Assembly: GCA_040954595.2 (NCBI GenBank)
Contig: CM082598.2
Span: 2,294,001-2,358,000 of the forward strand
Reading direction: 5' to 3'
DNA: 64,000 bases
Origin: Balanoglossus misakiensis
Taxonomy: Eukaryota; Animalia; Hemichordata
How positions within the stretch are numbered: position 1 is the first letter of the stretch; each line of letters opens with the position of its first letter. Under the pieces are notes generated by a model, which was not told the origin of the DNA, ran no database searches, and saw only the letters and a program-made list of their open reading frames with translations. Positions 26,520 to 39,128 of this stretch are shown here, in pieces. The position numbers and the translations under genes were made by a program.

Positions 26520-29500
26520 CATACATACATACATACATAGATACGTACATACCACATACATACGGTACATAAGCTTATGTATTATTGTATGAAATGTATA
26601 CCTTCGTCGATTGGTCCATTGTCCACATCCGGGCAAGGCTTTTCTGTTGTCTTTACTTCTGGTGCTTCTGTGGTTGGTGGTGGTGCTGTTGTTGGTTTAG
26701 GCGTTGTTGGCGCTGGCGTGGTGGGTGGAGCTGTAGTGGGTGGTGCTGTAGTGGGTGGGGCAGGCGTTGTGGGCGGGGCTGTAGTGGGTGGAGCTGGTGT
26801 TGTGGGAGGCGCTGTCGTGGGCGGGGCAGGTGTTGTGGGCGGGGCAGTAGGTGCTGGTGTGGTCGGTGGCTGGGTTGCCTCGACTGTTGACGGCATGAAT
26901 GTTGTTTTCTGTGGTGGTTTAGGATCTGTATGGAAAAAACATGACAGTCATGACACTCTTTCATCATCATGGGTAGCTGAAGTTCAATAGCTGGATGATT
27001 TGCCTTAGTTTGTGTGTTTGCCATCTAACAAACAAACCAAGGCAAAACCTCCAGCTAATGAACATCATTGGATAAAATCAATTAATTACTACAACACGTG
27101 CGAAATTTTCATATGGAAAGACAAAAGCAATACTTTGAACAATAGTGACCATGTCTAATGTAAGTAAAAGTGGAAACGATGTTGTATTAGTATCAATTGT
27201 ATCACCAAAGCTAATTAAGAGACTATTGAAAATTTACAATTTGTATCTATACATGTGTAAATTAATTAGCACACTCATTGTCATGGCAAACAATTTTATT
27301 CAATTGTCAGTAGATACTAATGAAGAGTATATGGAAATATATTCAGTTTTCTGAAACATGCTGCTCTATAACCCATTCAGGATGTTAACATTAAGAAGGC
27401 CTTGCCAAAACACTTACCACATGTGAAAGGGACTACTTTTATGTTGATGAGATCTGCATAACTTAACTCATGCCAGGACACAACATCGCCACAGGCAGGG
27501 AAGCACGCCGTGGACGCTATCTGTAACAGAATATTAGGATTAATTTTAGAAAGTTACGAACGTCGACTGCACAATTTGTAGAAACGAATGAAAATATTTA
27601 AAATGTAGTGAAAATTAAAATACCAAAATGCATAAGAGCGCGTGTGCGTTTACATACTTTGATGCCTTTCCTGTTTAGTACACTGCTCCAAAAGTTGAAA
27701 TAACGGAGTTTGCCGTAAAAGGAATCCTCCTTGTTATAACCACCTGCCACGGAGCCTTGTTTCTGACCGATGATGAGGGAACCTCCGCCGGGGATGGTCT
27801 CCCCAGCTGCCAAACCGGTGCCGTGGTAGAGTGGTTTCTTCTTGTCGAAGATGGTGAAATTGCCAGCGTCTGATTTCCAGGTGAGACAGATGAAGTGAGA
27901 CGTCTGGTTGTTCAAGTCGATTCCTGTCGGCTCGCTCTTCTGGTTGTTGATGATCACTCGCAAGTTGTTGACGTTCTCGATGACAATACTGCCCTCTGTG
28001 TCACCGGGCGCAAAGTAGCTGAACGCCGCATTGCTGTTCTCTGCGTAATTATCATCCAGTCGCATCCAATAGCAGATGGTCAACTCGGTCAGATCTGGGA
28101 CCTCTTGGGGCAGGGGTGCCATGCTCCACAATCCCGTGTTGTTGATCTTCCACAGCTTGTCATCGAAGACGCCGGGACCACAAGGATCAATCTCGGCTGT
28201 AAAGCAAAAAGTTAAAGAGGCATACATGAATTTTATGCACAAGTGACCCCACACAGACAAAATGTATACTGTATTGCTATACATCTACAGAACATATATG
28301 GGCCTTTAAAAACACAAACTTGTATATTGAGCTCTTTATTGTTCCAATCATGGTGATGCTTTTATTTCAGTTCCAAGGTCCACTTTCCTCTTTTGTCGGT
28401 ATGGTTACCCAATATTTCAAACAATTCCGATATATGTATTTTATATACATGTAACATTTTTGGTTTTAAATGATTACAGTAGAGGCCAAAAATAGCCGAA
28501 TTCACACAATTTCTGACACAATTGAAAAATACAGATCTCTTTAAAAACAATACTTACGGCATGACTCAGCATCAGGACCTGCAACATCGACGTATTCCCG
28601 GATGTCAATTTCATTCATAGTCGTATCTTGAATTCCTGGCCACCAGAAGAGATCGCCACACAGTCTGTTACAGCCTAATTTATCTCTATATATGGCCTGA
28701 GAGAGAGAGAGAATTACAACCGATTAATTATGTGACAATGTTTGTCATTTATTCAAAGAGTAACCAATCAATCAATCAATCAATCAATTAAAAGGATATA
28801 TAGAGCGCCAAACTCCACTGCAATAGTGTTCAATAGCACTTTACAATGTCAAAAAAACCAATGTAAAGTTACTGTTAATAGGCTCTGTTAAACAGATAGG
28901 TCTTGATGTGTTTCTTGAAACTGTCAAGGCTAGGTGACTGGCCTACTTCTATTGGGACACTGTTCCAAATGAGTGGGGCGATATACGAAAAAGCACGATC
29001 ACCGTATGTTTTCTTCTTTCTCCGTGACCAACTGATAGAAACGTAACTACCAAGACATGAATACTTACGCCGATTTCGTCTTTTGACTTTCGTTCTTGCC
29101 ACATATTCATGTAAGAGATATCAGCGAACAGGCCTCTGTTCCTCACATAATCACCACCGACTGCGCTCAACCTCTGTCCAAGGTAGAGAGTGCCACCCCC
29201 GTGGACCAGACGACCATCGGAGAGGTCTTTGCCGCCGTTCGGTCGCCCATCTTTGTAGTACTGATGCACACCACCACGCGAATCCCACGCCACGCATACG
29301 TGATGCCAGCTGGAGCTGATCAGTCGGTGCTTGGATGTTTTCCCCTTCTCGTTACGGACGTACAGTTGGAGAGCGAGCATGTCCTCCACCACGATGCTGC
29401 CGTATGTATCCCCCGGGGCGAAGTAACTCAGGATGGTGCCGTCCGGGTGGAAAGGCTCTGTAGCTTTCATCCACCAGCAGATGGTAAATGCTGACATCTC

Positions 29501-29622
29501 GGGGATGTCTCGGTCAATTTTGACGAAGCTATCCATATCATGGAATACAAATACAGGTTCGCCCGCTTTCACGTCGTGGCAGAAGCCTGGGTAGTCAGGG
29601 ACTGTGGTAAAAGACAATGCAA

Positions 29623-29693
<71 letters not shown>

Positions 29694-31237
29694 ATACTAT
29701 GTTGGTATAGTCGAGGAAGTTGCACAAAAGACTGTTTTTGATAACAGAGAAAAAAACTAAAGAAATAACCAATAGTCACGCCCTCTCTTGTAATTGAAAG
29801 CCCTCAGAACCAGAACTAACCTGTTGGTAGTTCCGTAGGTGTGGTCTGAACAGAAGACAATTCTCCAGAAGAAATTGAGGACCACCAGACGACATCGCCA
29901 CAGCCTCTATTTAAACCATCTGAAGACAACGCCTGTGTTTGGATTCAAGAAGACGAAAAAGAAGATTCGTAATTATCTTCGGTTTTTTCACGGAAAAATA
30001 ACGTTACCGACAATCAATTAGGCAGATGATAGTTAGAAACAGGCCTAATTATTACTGAACCACTAAATATTCAAATACAAAAGATAAAACACCAAATTAC
30101 CTGAATATCATTTTGATACAAACGCCTGCTCCACATATTGAACTGAGTAAGCTCTCCCTTATAAGCACCTGGCGAGTTGAATCCACCGCCTCGCGTTGTT
30201 TGCTTCTGTCCCAACACAATGAATCCTCCTCCTGCAAGAGTTTTATTGACCGCCAGGCCATCGGAACCATAATATGTATCTCCGTTTTTGTATAACTGAA
30301 GAGGAACAGTAAAGAATATGATCATTCATTTATTTATTCATTCATTCATCATTCATTCATTCACTCACCAAGTTCATACATACATACATACATACATACA
30401 TACATACATACATACATACATACTAGTACATACCGTACATACATACATACATACACATACATACATGCATACATATATACATATTAACCGGTACATACAG
30501 ACAGACAGACACGTACACACACATGGCAGCATCTATTCACGATACTCACTTCATATTCGCCTCCAGCGGATGTCCACGTCGTGCAGATATGGTGCCATAT
30601 GCCGTAGTTTGCCTCAATCAACGACTCGTTTCCCACTTGCGACTTGACGGTCATCAGAATATTCCCGGGATTTTCCACCACCACGTTGTGGTCGTTGGAG
30701 GCGAAGTAACTCACCATGGCGCCCGTATTCTGCGCAGCGTCCGTGCGCATCCAGAAACACATGGTCATCTCGTCCAGATCGGGAACGGGCTCGTTCAGTT
30801 TGGCGTAACTGGCCGTGTTGCCAGCGAAGACCAGGGTCTTGTGCTCCACATCACCTCCGTAGCAGTGATCATCGTATAGCGGGTACTTTGTGTAATGGTC
30901 TAAAAAAGAAAACAGAAATATTGATGACCAAATGATTCGCCACGCCAAAGAGTGATACAGTCTCACCAAGAAAAAATTAGATATCTGTTATCAACAACAA
31001 GAAATTCGTTAATCACCATGTCTGAAAACATTGCTTTGTACATGGAAAGCGTTTTAAAGAAATAAATAGTAATATTACTATTATTTAACGATATAAACAA
31101 TAAAGAAATGGATAAACTGACTTCTGATACAGTCGACGGGAAATTCCCAACTTACCAATCAGTCTTCCGTGAGTAAAAGATGCAAAGACCGCCAAAACGA
31201 GAACGCCAAGTGGCGCATTCCTCGACACAACCTCCAT
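17680..31237 (-). CDS. Secreted multidomain lectin: signal peptide, 3 pentraxin domains, Pro/Thr mucin linker, 8 F-type lectin (fucolectin) domains, ~2179 aa
   Basis: 25 exons: 31237-31156, 30899-30550, 30295-30101, 29932-29821, 29601-29069, 28696-28558, 28196-27658, 27520-27418, 26925-26602, then F-lectin A/B pairs 26384-26151/25804-25451, 25155-24925/24641-24387, 24088-23855/23610-23326, 23105-22872/22546-22247, 22062-21829/21472-21176, 20928-20689/20322-20020, 19611-19378/19011-18748, 18396-18163/17909-17680 (6540 nt, in frame). Pentraxin signatures HHICTTWTS, HHVCVAWDS, HFICLTWKS; F-lectin motifs QSS..RA.DG..SC..T..PWW.DLG..NR.DCC and LCEVEV. Confidence 0.88.
19717..19907. mobile_element. 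MITE (CTGTAAAAC-type TIR), family copy 1
   Basis: Perfect 22-bp TIRs ctgtaaaacactttattttcgc / gcgaaaataaagtgttttacag. Interior matches 43161-43345 in reverse orientation. Confidence 0.8.
25862..26037. mobile_element. Tc1/mariner (pogo/Tigger-like) MITE
   Basis: TIRs cagtaaaactccaattatccgaact / agttctgataattggagttttactg, TA on both flanks, internal ttcggata subrepeats. Confidence 0.85.
26482..26540. repeat. (ACAT)n microsatellite
   Basis: Directly visible; a similar (ATTC)/(ACAT) tract lies at 30324-30480. Confidence 0.85.
28765..29030 (-). mobile_element. 5'-truncated LINE 3' end (L2/CR1-group) in a lectin-gene intron
   Basis: Typical ORF2 C-terminus KTYGDRAFSYIAPLIWNSVPIEVGQSPSLDSFKKHIKTYLFNRAY*, then a short 3'UTR and a (ATTG)n tail. 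Confidence 0.8.
29621..29696. repeat. (AAAT)n microsatellite
   Basis: Directly visible, next to the acceptor of the second pentraxin exon. Confidence 0.95.
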
Positions 31238-31283
31238 CTCCCGGCGTTGAGACAGAGACTAGCTCTCCACACGATCAGTTCAA

Positions 31284-31292
31284 TTTTATATA
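31284..31292 (-). promoter_or_regulatory. TATA box of the pentraxin/F-lectin gene
   Basis: TATATAAAA on the minus strand about 50 nt upstream of ATG 31237. Confidence 0.55.
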
Positions 31293-32357
31293 CATTTATT
31301 TCATATATTTGCTTGTAACAAATGATATCTAATTAACTGAATAATTCAAACTTCCTTTGATAATTACAAACATTGTGACGTTTTGAGCCAGATGATACAA
31401 CTATCAGTCAACCTGCACATGACCAGCTGGTTTAAATTTATGAATATCTCGAAAAATAATTAATCAGTATGAATTGTGTGTTTCACAATTATCAGTACAT
31501 TTCACATAATACATTACATTTCGAATAGCGACCTTGTCAAAGTTGATGACAAACGCCACACGACTAAACATTTTAGAGAAATATTTTCGTCTATGATCAC
31601 ATACTATTTTTTCCCAAATACAGATTGCGATTGCCATATTCATAAATGGGTCTGGTTCACTTCTATTCATACAAACTTTAGGATTCAGGGAGCTTGCAGT
31701 CTCAGCTTTGGAAACGTTTAGAAAAAAAACACGAGACGGTTAATTTACATATAGCTAGTAGCGTCACCTTACAAGTAACAGATGGTCAGAGTTGACTGCT
31801 TCAAACCTAGAATATTTCATTACTCTCTTGAAACCTCTCAGCACAAACCTTTTAGATGTTTCAGAAGCCATCAATATCTACAGTAAAATCACACACAAAA
31901 ATAACTATCACACCAAAACAATAACATCTGCTTTCGTTAAAAATCAATAAAGCAAAAAACCAACACCATTAAATGTTAAGGTATGATATACATGTAGTCA
32001 AATTTGAGAGAGGAAAATATGTAATACAACAAACAAGTAGCAAAATGCAAATATGAGTTTGAAATTTCGGTGCTAGAATCGCCAATGTATACTACAGCAG
32101 GGCAAAACATGAAATACAGATATCAACAACATGTAAAGTAATTCCTCACTGGCATCGAAGCGACAGTGGCAGATAGACGAACCTATATGTGAATGATGAA
32201 AACAATGCACATAACATCTGTGATCAAATTATTCGTTATACTGTATTTAATGAGACACTTCCTAACGAACTAACAGCGATAACCAATGCAAAATATGACA
32301 CATCATGCATAATTGAACATCCACCATTTAAAGTTTCTTGAATATGACATCATCTTT

Positions 32358-35300
32358 TTAATTCACTTTTCCGAATGGATAGTACGGGTGGTCAACATCG
32401 CTGAAATGAAAATAAAAAAAAACATTTTGTGGTTTTGAACTGAAAAAGGGAACGGTTACTTATACTCAAAACAGCACTGCGCACTTTGTGATGAAACATC
32501 AGTCGCTTACCTACGCCAAGCACTTCCCCCACGGAAGTTGATGTTAAACTCCGCAAGGCTCTTCATATCTTCATCACTTAACTTGAAATCAAAAATCTGC
32601 AAGAATAGACAGAATTCTGACTCAAAACCAAACCAATCTACCCAAAACTAACATCTGAATTCTGAGGTTCTGTTTAAATTATTTCACCCATATGACGATG
32701 GCAAAGTTGACCAATCACATCCAGGGACTCAAAACCAAACCAATATATCTACAACTAACATCTGAATTCTGAGGTTCTGGTTATATTATTTCACCCATAT
32801 GACGATGGCAAAGTTGACCAATCACATCCAGGGACTCAAAACCAAACCAATATATCTACAACTAACATCTGAATTCCGAGGTTAATTATTTCACCCATAT
32901 GACGATGGCAAAGTTGACCAATCACATCCAAGGTATTTTCCCCATTGGCCTCGCTTTGAGTTTGAATTTACGATAGCTGCGTGAGGGCGCAAGACTTACC
33001 TCGAAGTTAGCTTTTATCCTTAGTGGAGTGACGCTTTTTGGAATCACTGCCACCCCACGCTGCAACTGGAACTGCAGCAACACCTGGGTTACTGACTTCC
33101 TGTATCGCTCTGCGATCGCCTTCAACCTTGAATCCTCCAACAATTTGGGATCACCCGAGTTAGCCCTACAAATACAGATCAAGATTTAATATCATTAAAG
33201 CCGTTCATTTTTTACACGACATGTATTTTATTAGTGTAGATAATCCATCAAAAGAAAGTAAACTTAAATAGAGTCAAAAGTGGGAACAAGAATAGTCACG
33301 TGTCATAGTTCTCACTTCTCCTTAAAATCAATCGACGGTTGCAATAATTGAAATCTAGACTACTCAACTTCAGTCGCAGTTACCTCATTTATGCAATAGA
33401 TTTAATATATGCATGTTTATATGAATGGATTTACATGTAGGCATTAAGAAAAAAACATAGACCAATTTAGCGCAGAATTTCGTTCGTTCCTCATATGTTT
33501 CACTTACCATGGTCGGACGGGTGACCCAAACGGGCTGTATGCAGTCAACGAAATATCTTTGGATTTGCAGTATTCAACTAACTTGTCTTCGGTTAGGTAT
33601 GGGTTGATTTCATTCTGGAAGTTTAGGGATGCACATGAAAAAAAACTTCAGAACACAATAGGCCAATAATCAATACATCACAGTTCACATCAGTCCATGG
33701 TAACCAAAGTGTTTCTAATTTATGATGTTTAAACAATATAAGTGAAAGCTTTGAAACACAGTTAGATCGAGTACCTCGCTCTTACCTGAACGTTGGCCAC
33801 AGGGGTTCTTGTAACAGCTAAAATTCTCTCCAACTGATCAGTGTTCACGTTTGATAAACCGATGGCTTTGCATAGCCCCTCATCAACTAGACTTTCCATC
33901 GCCTGCAATTAGAAACAAAAACTCACATTTTTACAGTATTTAACTTAGCAAGTCTCGCAAGATCTCGGAATGAGTGGGAAAGTCATTTATTGACGCTTTG
34001 GCAATTATGCTAAAAAACAATATGTAGCGCAAACACTTTTGCATAAGCAATCTTCGAATGGTCCCAAACAGTTAGAGTCAATTAAATAACCTTTGTCAAT
34101 CACTGTGACAGCTCTGTAACAATTTTGACCAGTACATACATACCTGCCATGTATCGACGTAATCAGTGTTATCATACATAGTTTTGCCATTGTCGTCCAC
34201 CGGGAAATATCCTTTGCCTTTCTGAAAATGAAAAATGATTATGCATTAAGTTAGTGAACCACCCTTTTCTATTCCTACGATGGTGAAATAATTGCTATGT
34301 GCATACAATCTGCATTTGTCTGCCCAAATCATATGGTATAGGAATATTCCACATCCCTAGATCATGTAGGAACATATTTCAAAACTAAATTGAAATACAC
34401 ATGCATTCACAGACTTTAAAGCCAACAGACTGATTGTGTAACAGCCATGGACATGTGATCAATGCACTTACCTGATATCCCATCGGAGTGTGCATTAAAT
34501 ATAGATCAAGATAATCTAACTGCAAGTCCTTCAGTGATTTCTGACAAGCTTCTTTAACATCATCGGGGTGATGAAATGTATTCCATAGCTAAAGAAAGAG
34601 AACATAGAGACACAGGACTGTTTGATCCATCCATCTATCGTGTGTATGTATGTGTCTGTCTGTCGATCTCTGCCCATGTATGTCTGTCTCTCTCTCTCCA
34701 CACAAACACACACATACAGTCAACCCCCCCCCCTAACCCCCCAACCCCACACACTGTCACCCTACCACCCAGTCACGCACAGGGTTTTCATGTTGGATAT
34801 TCGCGAATGCGCGTTTCTTTGATGGGTAGTGTTTGAGAAGTCAAAACCAAAAATTAGTCAGGAAGTACCCGCATACCATACCTTGCTGCAAATGAACAAA
34901 TCTTCACGTTTGACCACTCCTTCATTCATTACTTCTTGTAGGGCCGAGCCGATTTCATCCTCGTTCATATAAACAGCGGCACAGTCAATATGTCGATATC
35001 CAACTTCTATAGCGTACTTCACGGCATTTTTCACTTCGCCTGGTTTTGACTGGAAAAATACACACAACAATACATACTGTTTTATCAAAGCAATATTAAT
35101 TCGATAAAAAATCAAATTTACTGACTGTTCTGAGTTGAATTATAAAGTATAACACCGGATAATTGTTTAAGCTTATTAGGGGCAAATTCACTTTCTGTGA
35201 AGTTGTGGGTGGGGGTGGTTCCAACAACTGTGCATTACCCTCATCCCCGTTACATATATGAATTATAAAGTATAGCACCCGAATATTAGAGCCAAATTCA

Positions 35301-35564
35301 TTTTCTTTGAAGTTGTGAGTGCGAATGATACATGGAATGTCTGTCTGTGGTTCTAACAACTGAGCATTTACCCACGATTTCACAAGTTACATATATGCAT
35401 AGGGCTCAACAATAGTACTTTAAAGTTTCTTGGGGCTGGGGCAAAAAACACAAGATGATAGAGGGAAACTTTGTAGAGTGCGCGAAACTTACCTGCCATG
35501 TTCCTAAACCAACTTCGGGGATGCCGAAACTTCCATCGGCTGCTTGTAAACGCTGATCCGCCAT
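32358..35564 (-). CDS. Aldo-keto reductase family 1 (aldose/aldehyde reductase-like), ~317 aa
   Basis: 9 exons: 35564-35493, 35049-34882, 34588-34472, 34221-34144, 33902-33786, 33614-33508, 33165-33000, 32596-32511, 32400-32358 (954 nt). Motifs [54 protein letters not shown]. Catalytic tetrad D/Y/K/H intact. Confidence 0.95.
32620..32931. repeat. ~106-bp minisatellite x3 in an AKR intron
   Basis: Unit gactcaaaaccaaaccaat...tatgacgatggcaaagttgaccaatcacatcca starts at about 32620, 32726 and 32833. Confidence 0.9.
35137..35397. repeat. Degenerate tandem duplication (~125-135 bp x2) in AKR intron 1
   Basis: gaattataaagtata...caaattca...gaagttgtg...aacaactg...gttacatatatg occurs twice. Confidence 0.7.
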
Positions 35565-36675
35565 AGTTTGAAGTCGCTCTGGAAAAGTTGCTCTGATATC
35601 GCTGTTAGACACTGAATGGGGCATGTCCAGGTATGATACAGTATAGAGGAGCAATTAATAGCAGCTATGAAATATTCATATATTTAGACGATTCCATTTT
35701 TACAGGTTGAATTGGTTGAAATCTGCTCGACGCGACTGGACATATTGTTTAAATCACGACTTTTAGTCGATATTGATAAATGTATTTTAAATCTTTAAAA
35801 ATTCATCCACATTTCAACACTCCCCCTTTATATATTTGCCAGTCTTATCGAGCTTTTTCCAAAACTAATCCAACCTTGCCTTTTCGGTTATAGTGCACTG
35901 GCCAATAATTTTGTTTGTTTGTTGGAGTGGTTACCTAATCGCCAGTGGATGGGTTTCGACACGCTACAGCGTCATATAAAAGTGACAAGAACAAAAGATG
36001 TCCTTATGTAAGTGAATGTGTACCCCATTGTATGTAACACGTATTGTTTTGTCACAAAGTGATTACACACAGACTATTGTCTGTGATTTCAACAAAAGGA
36101 TGACCAGAAGAATTAACTTGTACACCGAAGTCACGCGCACCAAAAACGAAATCAGACCCCTGCGGCAAAACCAACTTGCTGTGTATTTCAAAAGACACCA
36201 TCATTTATTGAGATTGAATGTTCTGAAAAATTCCTTCAAAACATTATCAATATATCACAATACAATATTCTTCTTTGTACCTCATTGGAAAAGTTTTCCC
36301 ATTTGGTCACATTGACTGAAAAATATTGACTACATGTATGTTAATTAATCACATTCCTTTATTGTGATTTTCTCCATAAACATAACAATTACAAATGGTG
36401 ATAGTACATATGCTAGATAAAAGAATACAGATATCCTGCTTTTATATTTGTTATATGAAATACAATTTAAACTTTAAAAATACAAATTTTAGTGAACCTT
36501 TCATTGAAGAATATTCACAGGAAAAAAAGGCAAATCAGCTTATAACCAACCAGCTGACAACTATATTGCGATTAAGCAATCACTAAATTATAATATAAGA
36601 GTTATTAATATAATAATTATGATTATTAATTAAATCTCATTTCAGATTTATCAATGGTTTTTAGTGTAGACTCGT

Positions 36676-39128
36676 TCATGAAGTAGATGAGGATTGGTTT
36701 CGATCTTTTTTCCTGACGACAAGGGCTACAATGACAAGCGCTGGGTGCAGTGAATTGATCGTATTTAAGATAATATGAGAGGCCTGGTTATCAACGAAGC
36801 CGTCGACTAGAGCCAGACTCCATGTCAACCCCATCACCAGGTATGTTCTGAAGCAGACGGCCAGATGCTGTCGCGAGCCACAGGCTGCGATAAGCCGTTG
36901 CTGGTTCGCCGTGGCGATAACGGTGTACCGCACAGCCAGTACAAAACAGGCCGCATTGAACACCTGTAGTACTGCCAGAGGGGTGATGAACAAAGCCAGA
37001 AGAGCCAAGGGGTTCCCAATCCAGCAGACCCCACCGGCACCGTAACCAACATTGAAGAGCCCGGTCAAATCAAAGAACACTGTGACAGCGACAACCACGC
37101 CAGGCAGCAACCAACCAATCAAACAGTAACAGAGAAAATACCCCTTGCCTTGAGAAACAAAGAACGTTCGGTGTATTGAGATGAAAGTTCGGCACACATC
37201 AAAACTAATGATTGTCATCCACATAAAGTAGGCCAACCAACAATAATGTATCATGACTGCCACAGAGAAACAAGCATCAGGTATTTCATTCAAGCCCATG
37301 CTAGATAGTAAAATAACCTGAGCACATAACATAGATATTACCAGGTTGACCAATAGTCTTCCAGGAAAACTATGCATTGATGAGCGTTTGCAGTAGAGTA
37401 TTAAATAATAAACAAGGCAAAACATGGACACTGATGATCCGATTACAGTTACCCATACTTCATATCTATAGAGTGGGTCCCTATGTACCAATTGCAAAGT
37501 TTCTAAACAGACAACAGCGATTGTGTCGTTTTCAAAGGTCTCGAACGACTTCGTCTTGAACCACTTATCGTCAATTCGGAACGCCAAGACATTTTCCGCC
37601 AGATGAAACTGGCTTTGGTTCAACATGATTACATCCGACGACTTTGGACAACGTTTGTGCACTTTTTTCGGCGCGATGTCTGAGAAAGTTTCGTCGCTTT
37701 TGTTCAAATTGACACAGTGGTTTGTTGTCGGATCGAGGACTTTGGGAAACGGGCATGCAAACGTGTGAGAAGGGGATCTTGGGATGCCACCTACAGTTCT
37801 TCGTGTTGATTTCACCTCCACGCCTGTGGTGCCCGTAAACCTGAATAGAAAGTCTAGGGGATACAATTCCCTAATTACTTTATGCTGAAATTTCGTACAA
37901 CACTGGTAACGTGTAGTGTCACTACACTCACAGCAATCGCCACTTTTGAAGTCGGTATCAAACTTAACCGATTGATAACGAATATCCTTAGACGAGAGGG
38001 ACGAGAAACACTCTTGCGAATTGTTATTATATGTTTGGTTTGACGGCGGTAAATGGCAGGTCTTATTACCATTGGGGTGACAAAATCTAAAATTCGTGCC
38101 AGTTTTGTCTTCCGCTGTAATGGCAACCAGCCCGGTGTTATACCGTGCATCGCTGAGGTAAAGCTGGAAGATGTCCAACAACTCAGAGCCGGGATCATCG
38201 TTATTCTCGATATTGTTAACATCATGATCAACGGAGTCTATAATTTCCTCTTGAAAGCTGACGCTCACATTCCAAATGAAAACGTCAGATCGGTTGATGC
38301 CATGACATTCAGCACAATACACATTGTAAAAGACTTCATCTTGCGCGGGTGCCGTTACCGGAAGTGATTCTCTGGATAATCCTGCCGGAAAAAAAAATTA
38401 ACATGAAGTTGAAAATAAATAATAGTTGTGTAAAAAAAAGCATGTAGTTTAATTGAGTTTGACAGATTTTTGCCAAGGCATGTTTATCATAATTGAAAGT
38501 GATGTTGGGTCAGTCTGAAACTGCCTATAAAGTGAGCACAAAGTCTTACATGGCTATTTACAAAAACTGAATTTTTTCACCAAAGGAAATGGTTAAATAC
38601 AGTTAACATATCATTTATTAAAATTACTACAGCAAGTTGTCGATAAAGTCATCATATATGTAATTTTACGCCTAGCTCGAACAATAAAGACTTTGGCTTA
38701 CCTAGTGGTACAGTCGCTTCGCAATTCCTCTTGATTGTGTTGTCTGTCCATGACTTGGGACATTTGTTTATCATCCATATCCCATCTTTGTGTATACTGC
38801 TAACCTTGGAACAACTGTACAATCCGTCAGTAGCATTTGCATGAGCGTCACCACTCTTATCACCTTCACGTGACTTTTTCCCACAGGCCAGGTTGTAGTC
38901 ATGGCAACAGTCGCCGTAAATTAGACATTTTTCGTCACAATTACATGTCCACTTTGTGTAATTCATGAAATTGGTATACATCAAGACTTGGTCGCAGATA
39001 GGTTCTCCTGTGTCTCGGAAACAGGAGAATCCCAACTCTATGCATCCAGTAGAAAAACTACTATTTGCAAGTACATCTCTGCAGACAAGCACTGACACAA
39101 AAATTGCAATGAACACTTTGATGTTCAT
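36676..39128 (-). CDS. Somatomedin-B-domain family-B (adhesion/Methuselah-like) GPCR, ~710 aa, copy 2
   Basis: Coding exons 39128-38702 and 38381-36676 (phase-1 intron at the same position as copy 1). Probable 5'UTR intron 39405-39149. SMB motif CNCDEKCLIYGDCCHDYNLAC; FYNVYCAECHG; IHYCWLAYFMWM, YCLIGWLLP, GYGAGGVCWI. Confidence 0.9.

Noticed and set aside
26577-26990. Elastin/silk-like GVVGGA ORF on the plus strand
   Set aside because: Antisense shadow of the PTTAP mucin exon of the lectin gene.
32620-32931. Regular repeats suggestive of a CRISPR array
   Set aside because: Whole ~106-bp units repeat with no unique spacers; intronic eukaryotic minisatellite with no cas genes.
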